Shown piece after piece: positions 9,525-18,193 of a stretch of 64,000 nt of DNA (position 1 is its first letter; the number at the start of each line of letters is the position of its first letter). A program made the translations under genes and the position numbers. Location of the stretch: contig JAZNBA010000072.1 in assembly GCA_045586785.1 (NCBI GenBank), positions 59,197 through 123,196 of the forward strand. Reading direction: 5' to 3'. This stretch comes from Eubacteriales bacterium (GTDB lineage Bacteria > Bacillota > Clostridia > Oscillospirales > CAG-272). The notes below the pieces were generated by a model. It was not told where the DNA came from. It searched no databases and saw only the letters and a list, made by a program, of their open reading frames with translations.

Positions 9525-10343
9525 TTATTTGAAGTCCTTTATCCACTTGATAGCAAGGTCTATCCAGCCTTCGGTGTGGGGCATTATCAGGTTTGGCTTT
9601 TGTGACCAGGTCTCCTCGTTGGAGAGCGCCAGACCGTGAACACCTTCGGGATAAATGTGCAGCTCGAAGGGAATGTTGTTGTCCTTAAGCTTTTGCGCAA
9701 ATGTCAGTGCGTTCTGAACATCTACGGTCTTATCTGTGAAGGTGTGCCATATAAAAGCGGGCGGTGTGTCGGGGGACACGTGCTTTTCAAGCTCAAAGCG
9801 CGCCAACTGCTCGGGTGTAGGCTCTTTTGTGCCGCAAAGATTGTAGAAGGAATTTTTGTGCGAGAAAATGAGTACCGCATAGCACAGGATCATACCTGTG
9901 GGCTTGTTAATGCCAAGGGGCGCGTCGCCCAGCTCGGCAAGAACCTCCGGAATGTTCCACAGCGTTCCCGCGGACGCCGCAAGGTGACCGCCTGCGGAAA
10001 AACCGGTGATGAAAACGTAGTTGGGATCAATGTTGTATTTTTCTGCGTTCTCGCGGACGTGCTTTATGGCAAGTGATGCCTGAATGAGAGGGGCATAATT
10101 TGCCGCGCCCGGCCCTACGGTGTAGCGAAGCAGGAATACGTTAAGACCTGCTGCCAGATACATTTTTACAATAGGCTCTGCCTCACGGTCGGAAAGAAAA
10201 TGGTAGCCGCCGCCGGGGCATACGATTATGGCGCGTCTGGGAGGCATATTGAGCTCGGGCGGATCGTAGGATACGTACGTTGTAAGCGTTGCGCCCGGAT
10301 ATTTTTGGGAAAGCTGTATTGTTTCGTGAAGCATAGCTGACAC
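9525..10343 (-). CDS. alpha/beta hydrolase (esterase/lipase type)
   Basis: 272 aa. HGGG-like CPGGGY and nucleophile elbow GFSAGGH. Confidence 0.8.
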   Translation of the reverse strand: MSAMLHETIQLSQKYPGATLTTYVSYDPPELNMPPRRAIIVCPGGGYHFLSDREAEPIVKMYLAAGLNVFLLRYTVGPGAANYAPLIQASLAIKHVRENAEKYNIDPNYVFITGFSAGGHLAASAGTLWNIPEVLAELGDAPLGINKPTGMILCYAVLIFSHKNSFYNLCGTKEPTPEQLARFELEKHVSPDTPPAFIWHTFTDKTVDVQNALTFAQKLKDNNIPFELHIYPEGVHGLALSNEETWSQKPNLIMPHTEGWIDLAIKWIKDFK

Positions 10344-10502
10344 CTCATTTGTGTTTTTTCTTTATTTTAACACGCGGCGCTCAATTTGGCAAGAGAAATG
10401 TGAAAATATAGACCGAATTATTGACTTTTGACTTTAAATATGTTATCATTAAAAGGAATAATGATAAATTCCACTCTGAGTAGAGTTGCTGAAAGGATAA
10501 AT

Positions 10503-11180
10503 ATGGATAAAAAGATTAAAGGCATTTTGTTTGATTTTAACGGTACGATGATATTTGACACCGATATTCACCGTGCGGTGTGGCACAAATATATGCCGAG
10601 TCTTACGGGCAAGCCTATCAACGATTCTGAAATAGATAAATATATTATAGGTCGCGGAAATACATATATTTTTACCAGCTATATTCCCGGGATCTCAACC
10701 GAGCTCGTCGAGAAATACACTTACGAAAAGGAAGCGGCATATCGCGCTGAATGTCTTTGCCGGCCTGACAAATTCAAGCTGGTAGACGGACTTGTTGAGT
10801 TTCTTGATCTGCTAAAGCAAAAGGGAATACCCATGACCATCGCGACAGGATCCGAAATAAACAATATTACGTTTTATTTTGAACAGTTTGGTCTTGAGCG
10901 TTGGTTTGACTTTGACAAGGTCGTGTATGATGATTGCAGTTTCCCGGGCAAACCCGATCCCGAGGTGTATATACGCGCGGCGGCAAAGCTGGGCCTCACT
11001 CCTGCGGACTGTATCGTATTTGAAGATTCTTATTCGGGCGTTAAGGCGGCACGCGCAGCAGGTGCCGGACTTGTGCTGGCTGTCAGTGAAAAAAATTCCG
11101 ATGCCGACTATATAGAGGCAGGGGGAGTTGACGCGGCGGCTCACGATTTTGTAGGATACAAAACGCTCCTGATGCTGTAA
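10503..11180 (+). CDS. HAD family hydrolase (beta-phosphoglucomutase-like subfamily IA)
   Basis: Start at MDKKIKGILFDFNGT (DxD-type motif FDFNGT). C-terminal FEDSYSGVKAA motif. Confidence 0.8.
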   Translation: MDKKIKGILFDFNGTMIFDTDIHRAVWHKYMPSLTGKPINDSEIDKYIIGRGNTYIFTSYIPGISTELVEKYTYEKEAAYRAECLCRPDKFKLVDGLVEFLDLLKQKGIPMTIATGSEINNITFYFEQFGLERWFDFDKVVYDDCSFPGKPDPEVYIRAAAKLGLTPADCIVFEDSYSGVKAARAAGAGLVLAVSEKNSDADYIEAGGVDAAAHDFVGYKTLLML

Positions 11181-11195
11181 TACCCAAGAAAGGCA

Positions 11196-11924
11196 TTGCG
11201 ATTTATGTTGGAAAATGAATTGAAGCAAAACGTGGCGCGTAATATAACAGCTTTGCGCAAAAAGAACAATATGACGCAGGCAGATCTTGCTGAGCAGTTA
11301 AATTATTCGGATAAATCCATATCCAAATGGGAGCGCGGCGACGGATTGCCCGATATATTTGTTCTTACAAGAATAGCTGAGCTGTTCGGGGTTACGCTCA
11401 ACGATTTGGTATCTTCGGAACAGGCCGATGCGGAGCAGTCTGCGGAGGCGGCAAACAGCTTGGATGCGTTTTACCCGCGCCGAACGCTTATTACGGCGCT
11501 GTGCGTTGGACTTGTCTGGTTTATTGCTACGCTTGTGTTCTTTCTTTTGAATGTCTTTTTGCCGGACGCAAAAGGCCTGTGGCTTTCGTTTATATATGCG
11601 TTGCCCGTATCTTCGATAATATTGGTCGTGTTTACGCATATGTGGTGGAAGAACGTTGCAAGATGCCTGTCGGTCAGCTCGCTTGTGTGGATGCTGACGC
11701 TGTGTGTTCAGCTTACCGCTACGCTGATAAGTGACAATGTGCGCAATATGTGGCTGATATACTTTGCGGCGGCAGCATTTCAGGTTCTTGTTGTGCTGTG
11801 GTATCTTTACAGATACATACGCAAGAAAAACGGCGGTGCCGGCAAAGTGAAAGCAGATCAGATAGAAGAATTGAAATCTGATGACGCTGTGATCTCGGAT
11901 GATCAGGAGCCCGATGCTGATTGA
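11196..11924 (+). CDS. XRE family HTH regulator with C-terminal transmembrane domain
   Basis: LRKKNNMTQADLAEQLNYSDKSISKWERG HTH, followed by 4 hydrophobic helices. Confidence 0.75.
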   Translation: MRFMLENELKQNVARNITALRKKNNMTQADLAEQLNYSDKSISKWERGDGLPDIFVLTRIAELFGVTLNDLVSSEQADAEQSAEAANSLDAFYPRRTLITALCVGLVWFIATLVFFLLNVFLPDAKGLWLSFIYALPVSSIILVVFTHMWWKNVARCLSVSSLVWMLTLCVQLTATLISDNVRNMWLIYFAAAAFQVLVVLWYLYRYIRKKNGGAGKVKADQIEELKSDDAVISDDQEPDAD

Positions 11925-11954
11925 AAGTAATTGTTATTGAAAGGAAGAATATAT

Positions 11955-13403
11955 ATGAAAAAAATAGTTTTTTGGATGTCTACGGTACTGCTTGCTGCTA
12001 TGTTGCTTACTGCGTGCGGAGGTGTCGATACACCTGCCGCTGATACAACCACCGCGCAGAACGAGAACGCCGATACACCTGCAGATACAACAACAGATGC
12101 CGCCGTTACCACCGAAGACCCGAACGCTCCTCGCGTCATTTTTGACGGTCAGTCATGCGATTACATTATCTACCGTTCCGAATACTGCGGTGACCTGGTT
12201 ACGGACGCAAGCGTTGCTTTCAGAAACGCCCTTCGCGACAACGTCAGCGATACGGCAACAAGGCTGGTGTCTCTTAAGACCGACTTTGATAAGGAGGCAG
12301 GTCGCGACGGTATAATTGAAAACGACGAAAAGGAAATACTTATCGGTAAGACAAACCGCAAGGAATCACGCGATGTTCATGCCACTCTCAAGGAGCAGGA
12401 ATACGTTATCAAATGGGTTGGCAAAAAGCTGGTCATTGTTGGTTACGACGATTATGTTACCGCACAGGCGGTTGCTGTATTCATCAAAGAGTACGTAAGT
12501 ACAAAGCAGGATGTGTTCGCGCTGGCAGGCGATATTAATATGACAGGCACCGCAACCATCCAGAAGATATTGCTTACCGATGGCGCAGACCTTCGCGTTA
12601 TGACTTATAATGTTGCGGGTAGCACGAAGGGTTATGATGACCGCAAGGACAAAATGATACAGGTCATACTGGATTATCTTCCCGACGTTGTGGGCTTCCA
12701 GGAGTCAAATGCGAACACTCAAAGAGATGTGCTCAAAAGCGAGGAAATATCAGAGTATTATTCAATCAACAAAAGCACACATACCGGAAACTCTCCCGTA
12801 AACTATACGCCTATTCTTTATCTCAAATCCAAGTATAAGCAGCTTGAGGCGGGTGTTGAGTGGAACAACAGCCGTTACACAGGAACAAATACCAAGTCCA
12901 CATCCTGGACGGTGCTGGAATGCATTTCAGACGGCAAGCAGTTTATGGTAATCAACATTCACGGTTCGCTGTGGAGTGAGGATTATAAGCTTCCTTCCGG
13001 TGAAACTCACGCGACTATGAAAGAAAAGGCGGCGGTCGAATGGAAGGTAGACAATGCAAAGCAGATGCTTGCCAAGATAGAAGAGCTTAAGGCAAAATAT
13101 CCGGGCATATCTGTTTTCACCACCGGTGACTATAACTATAACAATACTCACGCCGCATATCAGGTGATGAAGTCGTCAGGTCTTGGCAGCGCACAGGATG
13201 ATGCTACTGTCAGCAAGACAACATCTCACGGCAGCTATCACAGCACCGTAGGAAATATGCCGGCGGCAAACGGCCTTGCTATCGACCATATCTTCTTCAG
13301 TCCCGAGACGGTTACCGTTCTCAAACACGGTATCGGTTACCGCGCGATAGATATTCAGTCCTCTGACCATTGCCCCGTATATGCCGATATAAAATTTAAT
13401 TAA
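11955..13403 (+). CDS. secreted lipoprotein with endonuclease/exonuclease/phosphatase (EEP) domain
   Basis: Start at MKKIVFWMS with lipobox LTACGG and a Thr-rich linker. EEP blocks LRVMTYNV, DVVGFQE, SDHCPVYADI. Confidence 0.7.
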   Translation: MKKIVFWMSTVLLAAMLLTACGGVDTPAADTTTAQNENADTPADTTTDAAVTTEDPNAPRVIFDGQSCDYIIYRSEYCGDLVTDASVAFRNALRDNVSDTATRLVSLKTDFDKEAGRDGIIENDEKEILIGKTNRKESRDVHATLKEQEYVIKWVGKKLVIVGYDDYVTAQAVAVFIKEYVSTKQDVFALAGDINMTGTATIQKILLTDGADLRVMTYNVAGSTKGYDDRKDKMIQVILDYLPDVVGFQESNANTQRDVLKSEEISEYYSINKSTHTGNSPVNYTPILYLKSKYKQLEAGVEWNNSRYTGTNTKSTSWTVLECISDGKQFMVINIHGSLWSEDYKLPSGETHATMKEKAAVEWKVDNAKQMLAKIEELKAKYPGISVFTTGDYNYNNTHAAYQVMKSSGLGSAQDDATVSKTTSHGSYHSTVGNMPAANGLAIDHIFFSPETVTVLKHGIGYRAIDIQSSDHCPVYADIKFN

Positions 13404-13428
13404 ATAATGATAAAATGCCCGTTCGCAC

Positions 13429-13457
13429 TTGACATTGAGTGCGGACGGGTGTATAAT
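13429..13457 (+). promoter_or_regulatory. consensus sigma-70 promoter of the folT-folC operon
   Basis: TTGACA-17 nt-TATAAT. Confidence 0.75.
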
Positions 13458-13467
13458 ATGTGCATCT

Positions 13468-13566
13468 TGAAGAGTAAGGGTCCGGGCGTGAAGTGTCGGG
13501 TGAACGGGGAGTTGTCAGCCGAACGAAGGGATATTTTCCGCGGTCAGGACTCTGCATCCCGCTTCA
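13468..13566 (+). promoter_or_regulatory. THF (tetrahydrofolate) riboswitch
   Basis: UGAAGAGUAAG...GGCGUGAAGUGU...GUGAACGGGGAGUUGUC...CGAACGAAGG...CCGCGGU...CUGCAUCCCGCUUCA matches the conserved THF-I core as I recall it. It sits upstream of a folate ECF S-component. Confidence 0.8.
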
Positions 13567-13591
13567 TACGGCAATAGCACGTGTCCATACG

Positions 13592-13634
13592 TCCTCCTTT
13601 TTGCCATATCAAGTGTGGGAAAAGGAGGTTTTTT
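13592..13634 (+). terminator. riboswitch expression platform (terminator / SD-sequestering hairpin)
   Basis: CCTCCTTTT pairs with AAAAGGAGG (the folT RBS) and is followed by TTTTTT. Confidence 0.65.
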
Positions 13635-13636
13635 AT

Positions 13637-14236
13637 ATGAAAGAAAAAAATTCTGACAGCCGCGGTAAGGCTTTGCGCGGCGATCTTGCGCTGTTTGGAA
13701 ACGTAAGAGTATTGGCGGCGGCGGCACTGCTTGCGGCCATGAGCCTGATACTCGGCAAGTTTTTGCAGATACCAAATCCGTTTTCAAACATTTTCCGAAT
13801 AAGCCTTGAAAACCTGCCTATCATATTGGCGGGAGTTTGCTTCGGTCCTGCCGTGGGCGGCGCAGTGGGCGTGGTGGCTGATATTGTCGGCTGCCTGCTT
13901 TACGGATATACGATAAATCCCATTGTTACGCTGGGAGCGGCGGTAGTCGGTATCGTGTCGGGAACTATGGCGCGCTACATTATCAGAAAGCCGAGGCTGC
14001 TGTCCGTGCTTGCCTCTACCATTTCGGCACATCTGCTGGGCTCGGTGCTGATCAAGTCCTTCGGGCTTGCGTCATGGTATTTGTCTGAGTATAGCATGGG
14101 ACTTACCGAGCTTATATTGTGGAGACTTGGACTTTACTGCGTTATTGGAACGGTTGAATGTATGCTGATATATTTTCTGACCACACGGCGCGCCGTCATG
14201 CGTCAGATCGAAAAAATGAGGACTCGAAGAAAATGA
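13637..14236 (+). CDS. folT: folate ECF transporter S component
   Basis: 199-aa membrane protein. Start at MKEKNS 8 nt after AAAGGAGG. THF riboswitch upstream and ATGA overlap with folC. Confidence 0.8.
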   Translation: MKEKNSDSRGKALRGDLALFGNVRVLAAAALLAAMSLILGKFLQIPNPFSNIFRISLENLPIILAGVCFGPAVGGAVGVVADIVGCLLYGYTINPIVTLGAAVVGIVSGTMARYIIRKPRLLSVLASTISAHLLGSVLIKSFGLASWYLSEYSMGLTELILWRLGLYCVIGTVECMLIYFLTTRRAVMRQIEKMRTRRK

Positions 14237-15510
14237 ATTACACAGAGGCACTTGAATATATTCATTCGGTTTGCTGGATGGGCAGCAGACCCGGGCTTGA
14301 GCGCATAAGCGAACTGTGTTCGTTGCTGGGCGACCCTCAAAAGGGCATAAAATTTATACACGTGGCGGGTACTAACGGCAAAGGCTCGTTTTGCTCCATG
14401 ACAGCGTCTATACTGCGGGAGGCAGGCTATCATACAGGACTTTATACCTCGCCCTACGTACGCCGCTTCAACGAGCGCATGAGCATCGACGGCGCCGATA
14501 TTGCGGATGACGAGCTGGCGGAGATAACATCGTACGTCAAGCCTTTTGCCGAGAGCATGCAGTCAAAGCCGACCGAGTTTGAGCTGATAACCGCTATCGC
14601 GTTTGAATATTTCAAGCGTCATAATTGCGACGTCGTAGTGCTGGAGACGGGCATGGGCGGCAGACTTGATGCTACCAATATAATTGAACAGCCGCTGATC
14701 TCGGTCATCACGGGCATCGCTCTTGACCATGTGGCGTTTTTGGGCGACACCGTTGAAAAGATCGCCGCGGAGAAGGCGGGAATTATAAAGCGCGGCGCGC
14801 CTGTCCACTGGGGCGGCAAGGATGAGGCGGCCGCACGTGTTATTGCCGAGAGGGCAAAGCAGATGGGAGCTGAATTTCATGCAGCAGATTACGGCAAGCT
14901 GAAAAATGTCAAGCCGACGGTGGAGGGAACTACCTTTGACTATGACGGATATGCCGACCTGAAGATACAGCTTCTCGGCCTTTATCAGCCCGAAAACGCC
15001 GCAAGTGTTGTCAGCGCGATACCGCTTTTGCGCGCCCGCGGACTTGATATCAGCGACGGGGCAGTGCGCCGCGGCCTTGAAAAAACGCGCTGGGCGGCAA
15101 GATTTGAACGTATGGCATCGGATCCCACGGTAATATACGATGGCTCGCACAATCCTCAGGGAATACAAGCGGCGGTGCGCAGTATACGCGGTATTTTCGG
15201 AGATAAACGCATAAATGTGCTGACAGGCGTGCTTCGCGATAAGGATTACAGATATATTACCGAAACGCTGTCGGGCGTTGCCGATAAGGTGTGGTGTGTC
15301 ACACCCGATAACGACCGTGCATTGCCCGCAACCGAATATGCGGCGCTTTTCCGCGAGTTCGGGCGGGAGGCAGTTGCGTGCGAGACGCTCTGCGAGGGCG
15401 TCGGCGCGGCATATGCCGACTCAAAGGCTCGCGGCGTGGCAATGATAGCTCTGGGATCGCTTTATATGTACGCTGAGTTTTGCGAGGCTTTTGAAAATAT
15501 TAAGAAATAA
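14233..15510 (+). CDS. folC: folylpolyglutamate synthase / dihydrofolate synthase
   Basis: Start at MNYTEALEYI. P-loop HVAGTNGKGS and Mur-ligase-type blocks. Confidence 0.9.
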   Translation: MNYTEALEYIHSVCWMGSRPGLERISELCSLLGDPQKGIKFIHVAGTNGKGSFCSMTASILREAGYHTGLYTSPYVRRFNERMSIDGADIADDELAEITSYVKPFAESMQSKPTEFELITAIAFEYFKRHNCDVVVLETGMGGRLDATNIIEQPLISVITGIALDHVAFLGDTVEKIAAEKAGIIKRGAPVHWGGKDEAAARVIAERAKQMGAEFHAADYGKLKNVKPTVEGTTFDYDGYADLKIQLLGLYQPENAASVVSAIPLLRARGLDISDGAVRRGLEKTRWAARFERMASDPTVIYDGSHNPQGIQAAVRSIRGIFGDKRINVLTGVLRDKDYRYITETLSGVADKVWCVTPDNDRALPATEYAALFREFGREAVACETLCEGVGAAYADSKARGVAMIALGSLYMYAEFCEAFENIKK

Positions 15511-15514
15511 AAAA

Positions 15515-15558
15515 CCGGTGAGTTCGTAACCATCCTCACCTAAATAAAAACTAAGGAG
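15515..15558 (+). promoter_or_regulatory. preQ1-I riboswitch
   Basis: GGUGAG-UUCGUAACCAUC-CUCACC-UAAAUAAAAACUAAGG. This is a short hairpin plus an A-rich tail whose end overlaps the SD (AAGGAG) of queT. Confidence 0.75.
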
Positions 15559-15566
15559 ACCCCTTT

Positions 15567-16061
15567 ATGAAAAGGAAAATACATCAAAGCACGATATATC
15601 TGTGTCGTTCCGCGGTAATTGCCGCACTTTACGTAGTGCTGACGCTGCTATCCGCTGCGCTGGGTATATCGTCGGGCGTAATACAGTTTCGGTTGTCTGA
15701 AGCACTGTGTGTACTGCCCGTGTTCACCTCTGCCGCTGTTCCCGGACTTACGGTAGGCTGTCTGATTGCAAATCTTGTCACGGGTGCCCCTGTGTGGGAT
15801 GTGGTGTTCGGCAGTCTTGCCACTCTGCTGGGAGCCCTCGGCGCGTATGCACTCAGACGCCGGAAATATCTTTCGTCACTGCCGACGGTATTGGCAAATG
15901 CGGCTATTATTCCACTCGTGCTCATATTCGCGTATGATGTGCCGGACGGCTGGCTGTTTCTTGTGGGAACGGTTAGTCTCGGAGAGCTTGTCTGTTGTAC
16001 GGGTATCGGAAGTGTGCTTGTTGCGGCGCTGGACAAACGCGCGGATAAAATATTCAAATAA
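15567..16061 (+). CDS. queT: queuosine precursor transporter QueT (ECF S-component-like)
   Basis: 164 aa with 5 TM helices. AALYVVLTLL and FRLSEALCVLP blocks, plus a preQ1 riboswitch upstream. Confidence 0.75.
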   Translation: MKRKIHQSTIYLCRSAVIAALYVVLTLLSAALGISSGVIQFRLSEALCVLPVFTSAAVPGLTVGCLIANLVTGAPVWDVVFGSLATLLGALGAYALRRRKYLSSLPTVLANAAIIPLVLIFAYDVPDGWLFLVGTVSLGELVCCTGIGSVLVAALDKRADKIFK

Positions 16062-16063
16062 AG

Positions 16064-16096
16064 AAAAATGCGAATGTCTTTACATTCGCATTTTTT
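16064..16096. terminator. bidirectional terminator (queT / DeoR gene)
   Basis: AAAAATGCGAATGT-N4-ACATTCGCATTTTT. Confidence 0.8.
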
Positions 16097-16928
16097 AAAT
16101 TGTGATCACGTTCACACCAATTCCGCGAAACCGTTCGCATACAGCACTGTCAAGACCGATGTCGGTCACGATGCAGTTTATCTCGGAGAAGGGAGCGTAG
16201 CAAACAACCGAGCTTTTGCCGTATTTTGATGAGTCTGCAAGCAGTATGCGGTATGCGGAGTTTTGTGCTACTGTCTGGTTTATACGAGCTGTGCCGAAAT
16301 CGGAGGCTAATATGCCCATATCCTCACTGTAGCCGTCAGCGCCCACAAAGCATTTTGTAAAGCGCAGATTTTTAATGGCTTCCTCGGTAAGGTAGCCGCA
16401 GAAGTCACGTCTGCCGTCGCGGTACTCACCGCCGATAAGATAGACCTTTATATGGTTTTTCAAAAGATTGAGATTGACCAAGGAGTGAGTGAAGACAGTT
16501 ACATTTTCGAGCATTTTTTTAAAGTCATGATATTGCTCATCGTCGGCGGAGGTAAATATGCGGTCGATCTCGTCGCACAGTGACATTACCGTAGTACCCG
16601 AGTCAAGATATATTATGTCGCCCGTTTGTATAAGCTGTGCCGCCGCCGCGCCTATGCGGCTTTTTTCTTGCTGACAGTAAAGCTGGGTGTGCTCGAATGA
16701 GTAATTCTCAGCACCCAGTACGGATTCGTTGAAGCATATTCCGCCGTAAGTGCGTATGACAAGACCCTCGTTTTCAAGCTGCGCAAAAAGCCTGCGCACG
16801 GTGGATTCCGATACGTCAAGTGTCCGCATAGCCTGCTCTATAGACAGCTTTTTAGATGTTCGTAATGCCTGAATTATTACCTGGCGCCGTGTGTCATTAT
16901 GCTTCATTTTTACAGCTTGCCCTTTCAT
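16095..16928 (-). CDS. DeoR family transcriptional regulator
   Basis: N-terminal HTH (LSIEQAMRTLDVSESTVRRLFAQLENEGLV) and a DeoR C-terminal sugar-phosphate-binding domain. An alternative start at 16907 is possible. Confidence 0.85.
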   Translation of the reverse strand: MKGQAVKMKHNDTRRQVIIQALRTSKKLSIEQAMRTLDVSESTVRRLFAQLENEGLVIRTYGGICFNESVLGAENYSFEHTQLYCQQEKSRIGAAAAQLIQTGDIIYLDSGTTVMSLCDEIDRIFTSADDEQYHDFKKMLENVTVFTHSLVNLNLLKNHIKVYLIGGEYRDGRRDFCGYLTEEAIKNLRFTKCFVGADGYSEDMGILASDFGTARINQTVAQNSAYRILLADSSKYGKSSVVCYAPFSEINCIVTDIGLDSAVCERFRGIGVNVITI

Positions 16929-17106
16929 ATTATAGAATGTGATCTTATTTTATCACAGCCGGGGGGATGAGTCAAGCAAAGTTGCAAAAAAAGTGAAAGA
17001 ATTTTTTATTTTTTGAACAGATTTGGTCAAAAAATGCGAGTATTTTTTCAAAAGTGAAATAAAAAGTCATTTTTGCGCATTTATGTGAAAAAATTATTCA
17101 AAATCA

Positions 17107-17135
17107 TTGACAATATAATTATATTAGTGTATAAT
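17107..17135 (+). promoter_or_regulatory. consensus sigma-70 promoter of the 17195 gene cluster
   Basis: TTGACA-17 nt-TATAAT. Confidence 0.7.
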
Positions 17136-17194
17136 TTAACTAAACTATTGGCAGTGTTTATGCCAAAATATTTTACTTATATCGGAGGTTCCCA

Positions 17195-18175
17195 ATGAAA
17201 AAAACTGTATCGGTGCTTATTTTGATCGGAATGATCATGCTTATGTTTGTTCCAACGGTATCGGCGGCTGAAGAAGCACGCGTCAATGTCATGAGCTCGG
17301 CGATAATTGGTATTACTCAGGGTATCGGCTCTAACAGCAAATATGTGCCCACCATTATGTGGGACGGCGTCAATATTTATAACGGCGACGTTGCAGGCTC
17401 TTATTGTGATTTCAAGCTGTCTGCCGGTAAATCTGCTATTCAAGACGGCACCGCAACAAAATACAATATTTACGGCGACGAGGGCGCTGAGGACAGTATA
17501 TATTACGCGACCTTCGAGGTTATTCTTGACGGTGTTTATATGGTGGATTCCTTTAAGTTCTACGGCGGCGTTTTCGGCGGCACTGCCAATATCGACGGCT
17601 TTGATATCTGGGTAAGTGAAACGGGCGAAGACAAGAGCTATAAAAAAGTTGTATCCGTTACAGAGCTTTTCTGCGGAAATAAGTATGAAAACCACACAGC
17701 AGAAGGTCTTGAGACAATGTTGTACTCAGCAGAGTTTGATCCCACTCCCGCGCAGTATGTAGTATTTGGCCTTTCCCAGACTCGCTGTCTGCACGCAGAG
17801 GAGCTTGCCAAGGTAGACCTGACACCTAACGCAAATCCTCATTATTTCCGTATAACCGAGCTGGAGCTTTACGGCGTTGCTACTGCAGCTGCCGACACGA
17901 CTACAGCAGCTCCCGTTGATACGACTACTGCGGCTCCCGTTGACACGACCACAGTTGCGGAGGATGTTACTACCGACGCGCCTGCTGATACAACAACAGC
18001 GGCACCTTCAGAGGATGTTCCGGCTGAAACCACCACAGCGGCGCCTACGACCCAGGCACCTGCCACCGAGAAGCCGAAGGATGAGGGCGGATGCGGAGCT
18101 GTTGCGATTTCTTTTGCGATAGTACCTGTAGTCGCACTGGCAGGCATTGCGCTTGTGACCAAGAAACGCAAATAA
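17195..18175 (+). CDS. secreted F5/8 type C (discoidin)-like domain protein with Thr-rich stalk and C-terminal membrane anchor
   Basis: Signal peptide present. The domain ends in the ...YFRITELELYG signature. A (D)TTTAAPV repeat stalk follows. C-terminus is GGCG + hydrophobic helix + KKRK. Confidence 0.55.
   Translation: MKKTVSVLILIGMIMLMFVPTVSAAEEARVNVMSSAIIGITQGIGSNSKYVPTIMWDGVNIYNGDVAGSYCDFKLSAGKSAIQDGTATKYNIYGDEGAEDSIYYATFEVILDGVYMVDSFKFYGGVFGGTANIDGFDIWVSETGEDKSYKKVVSVTELFCGNKYENHTAEGLETMLYSAEFDPTPAQYVVFGLSQTRCLHAEELAKVDLTPNANPHYFRITELELYGVATAAADTTTAAPVDTTTAAPVDTTTVAEDVTTDAPADTTTAAPSEDVPAETTTAAPTTQAPATEKPKDEGGCGAVAISFAIVPVVALAGIALVTKKRK
17894..17965 (+). repeat. 3 x 24-nt imperfect tandem repeat (coding, DTTTAAPV units)
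   Basis: GACACGACTACAGCAGCTCCCGTT / GATACGACTACTGCGGCTCCCGTT / GACACGACCACAGTTGCGGAGGAT. Confidence 0.8.
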
Positions 18176-18193
18176 ATATAGAGAGGTTTATTT

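Noticed and set aside
17883-18060. Short tandem repeats as a possible CRISPR or non-coding array
   Set aside because: The repeats are in-frame 24-nt units encoding the DTTTAAPV stalk of a secreted protein, with no spacer/repeat organisation. No CRISPR array was seen anywhere in the window.
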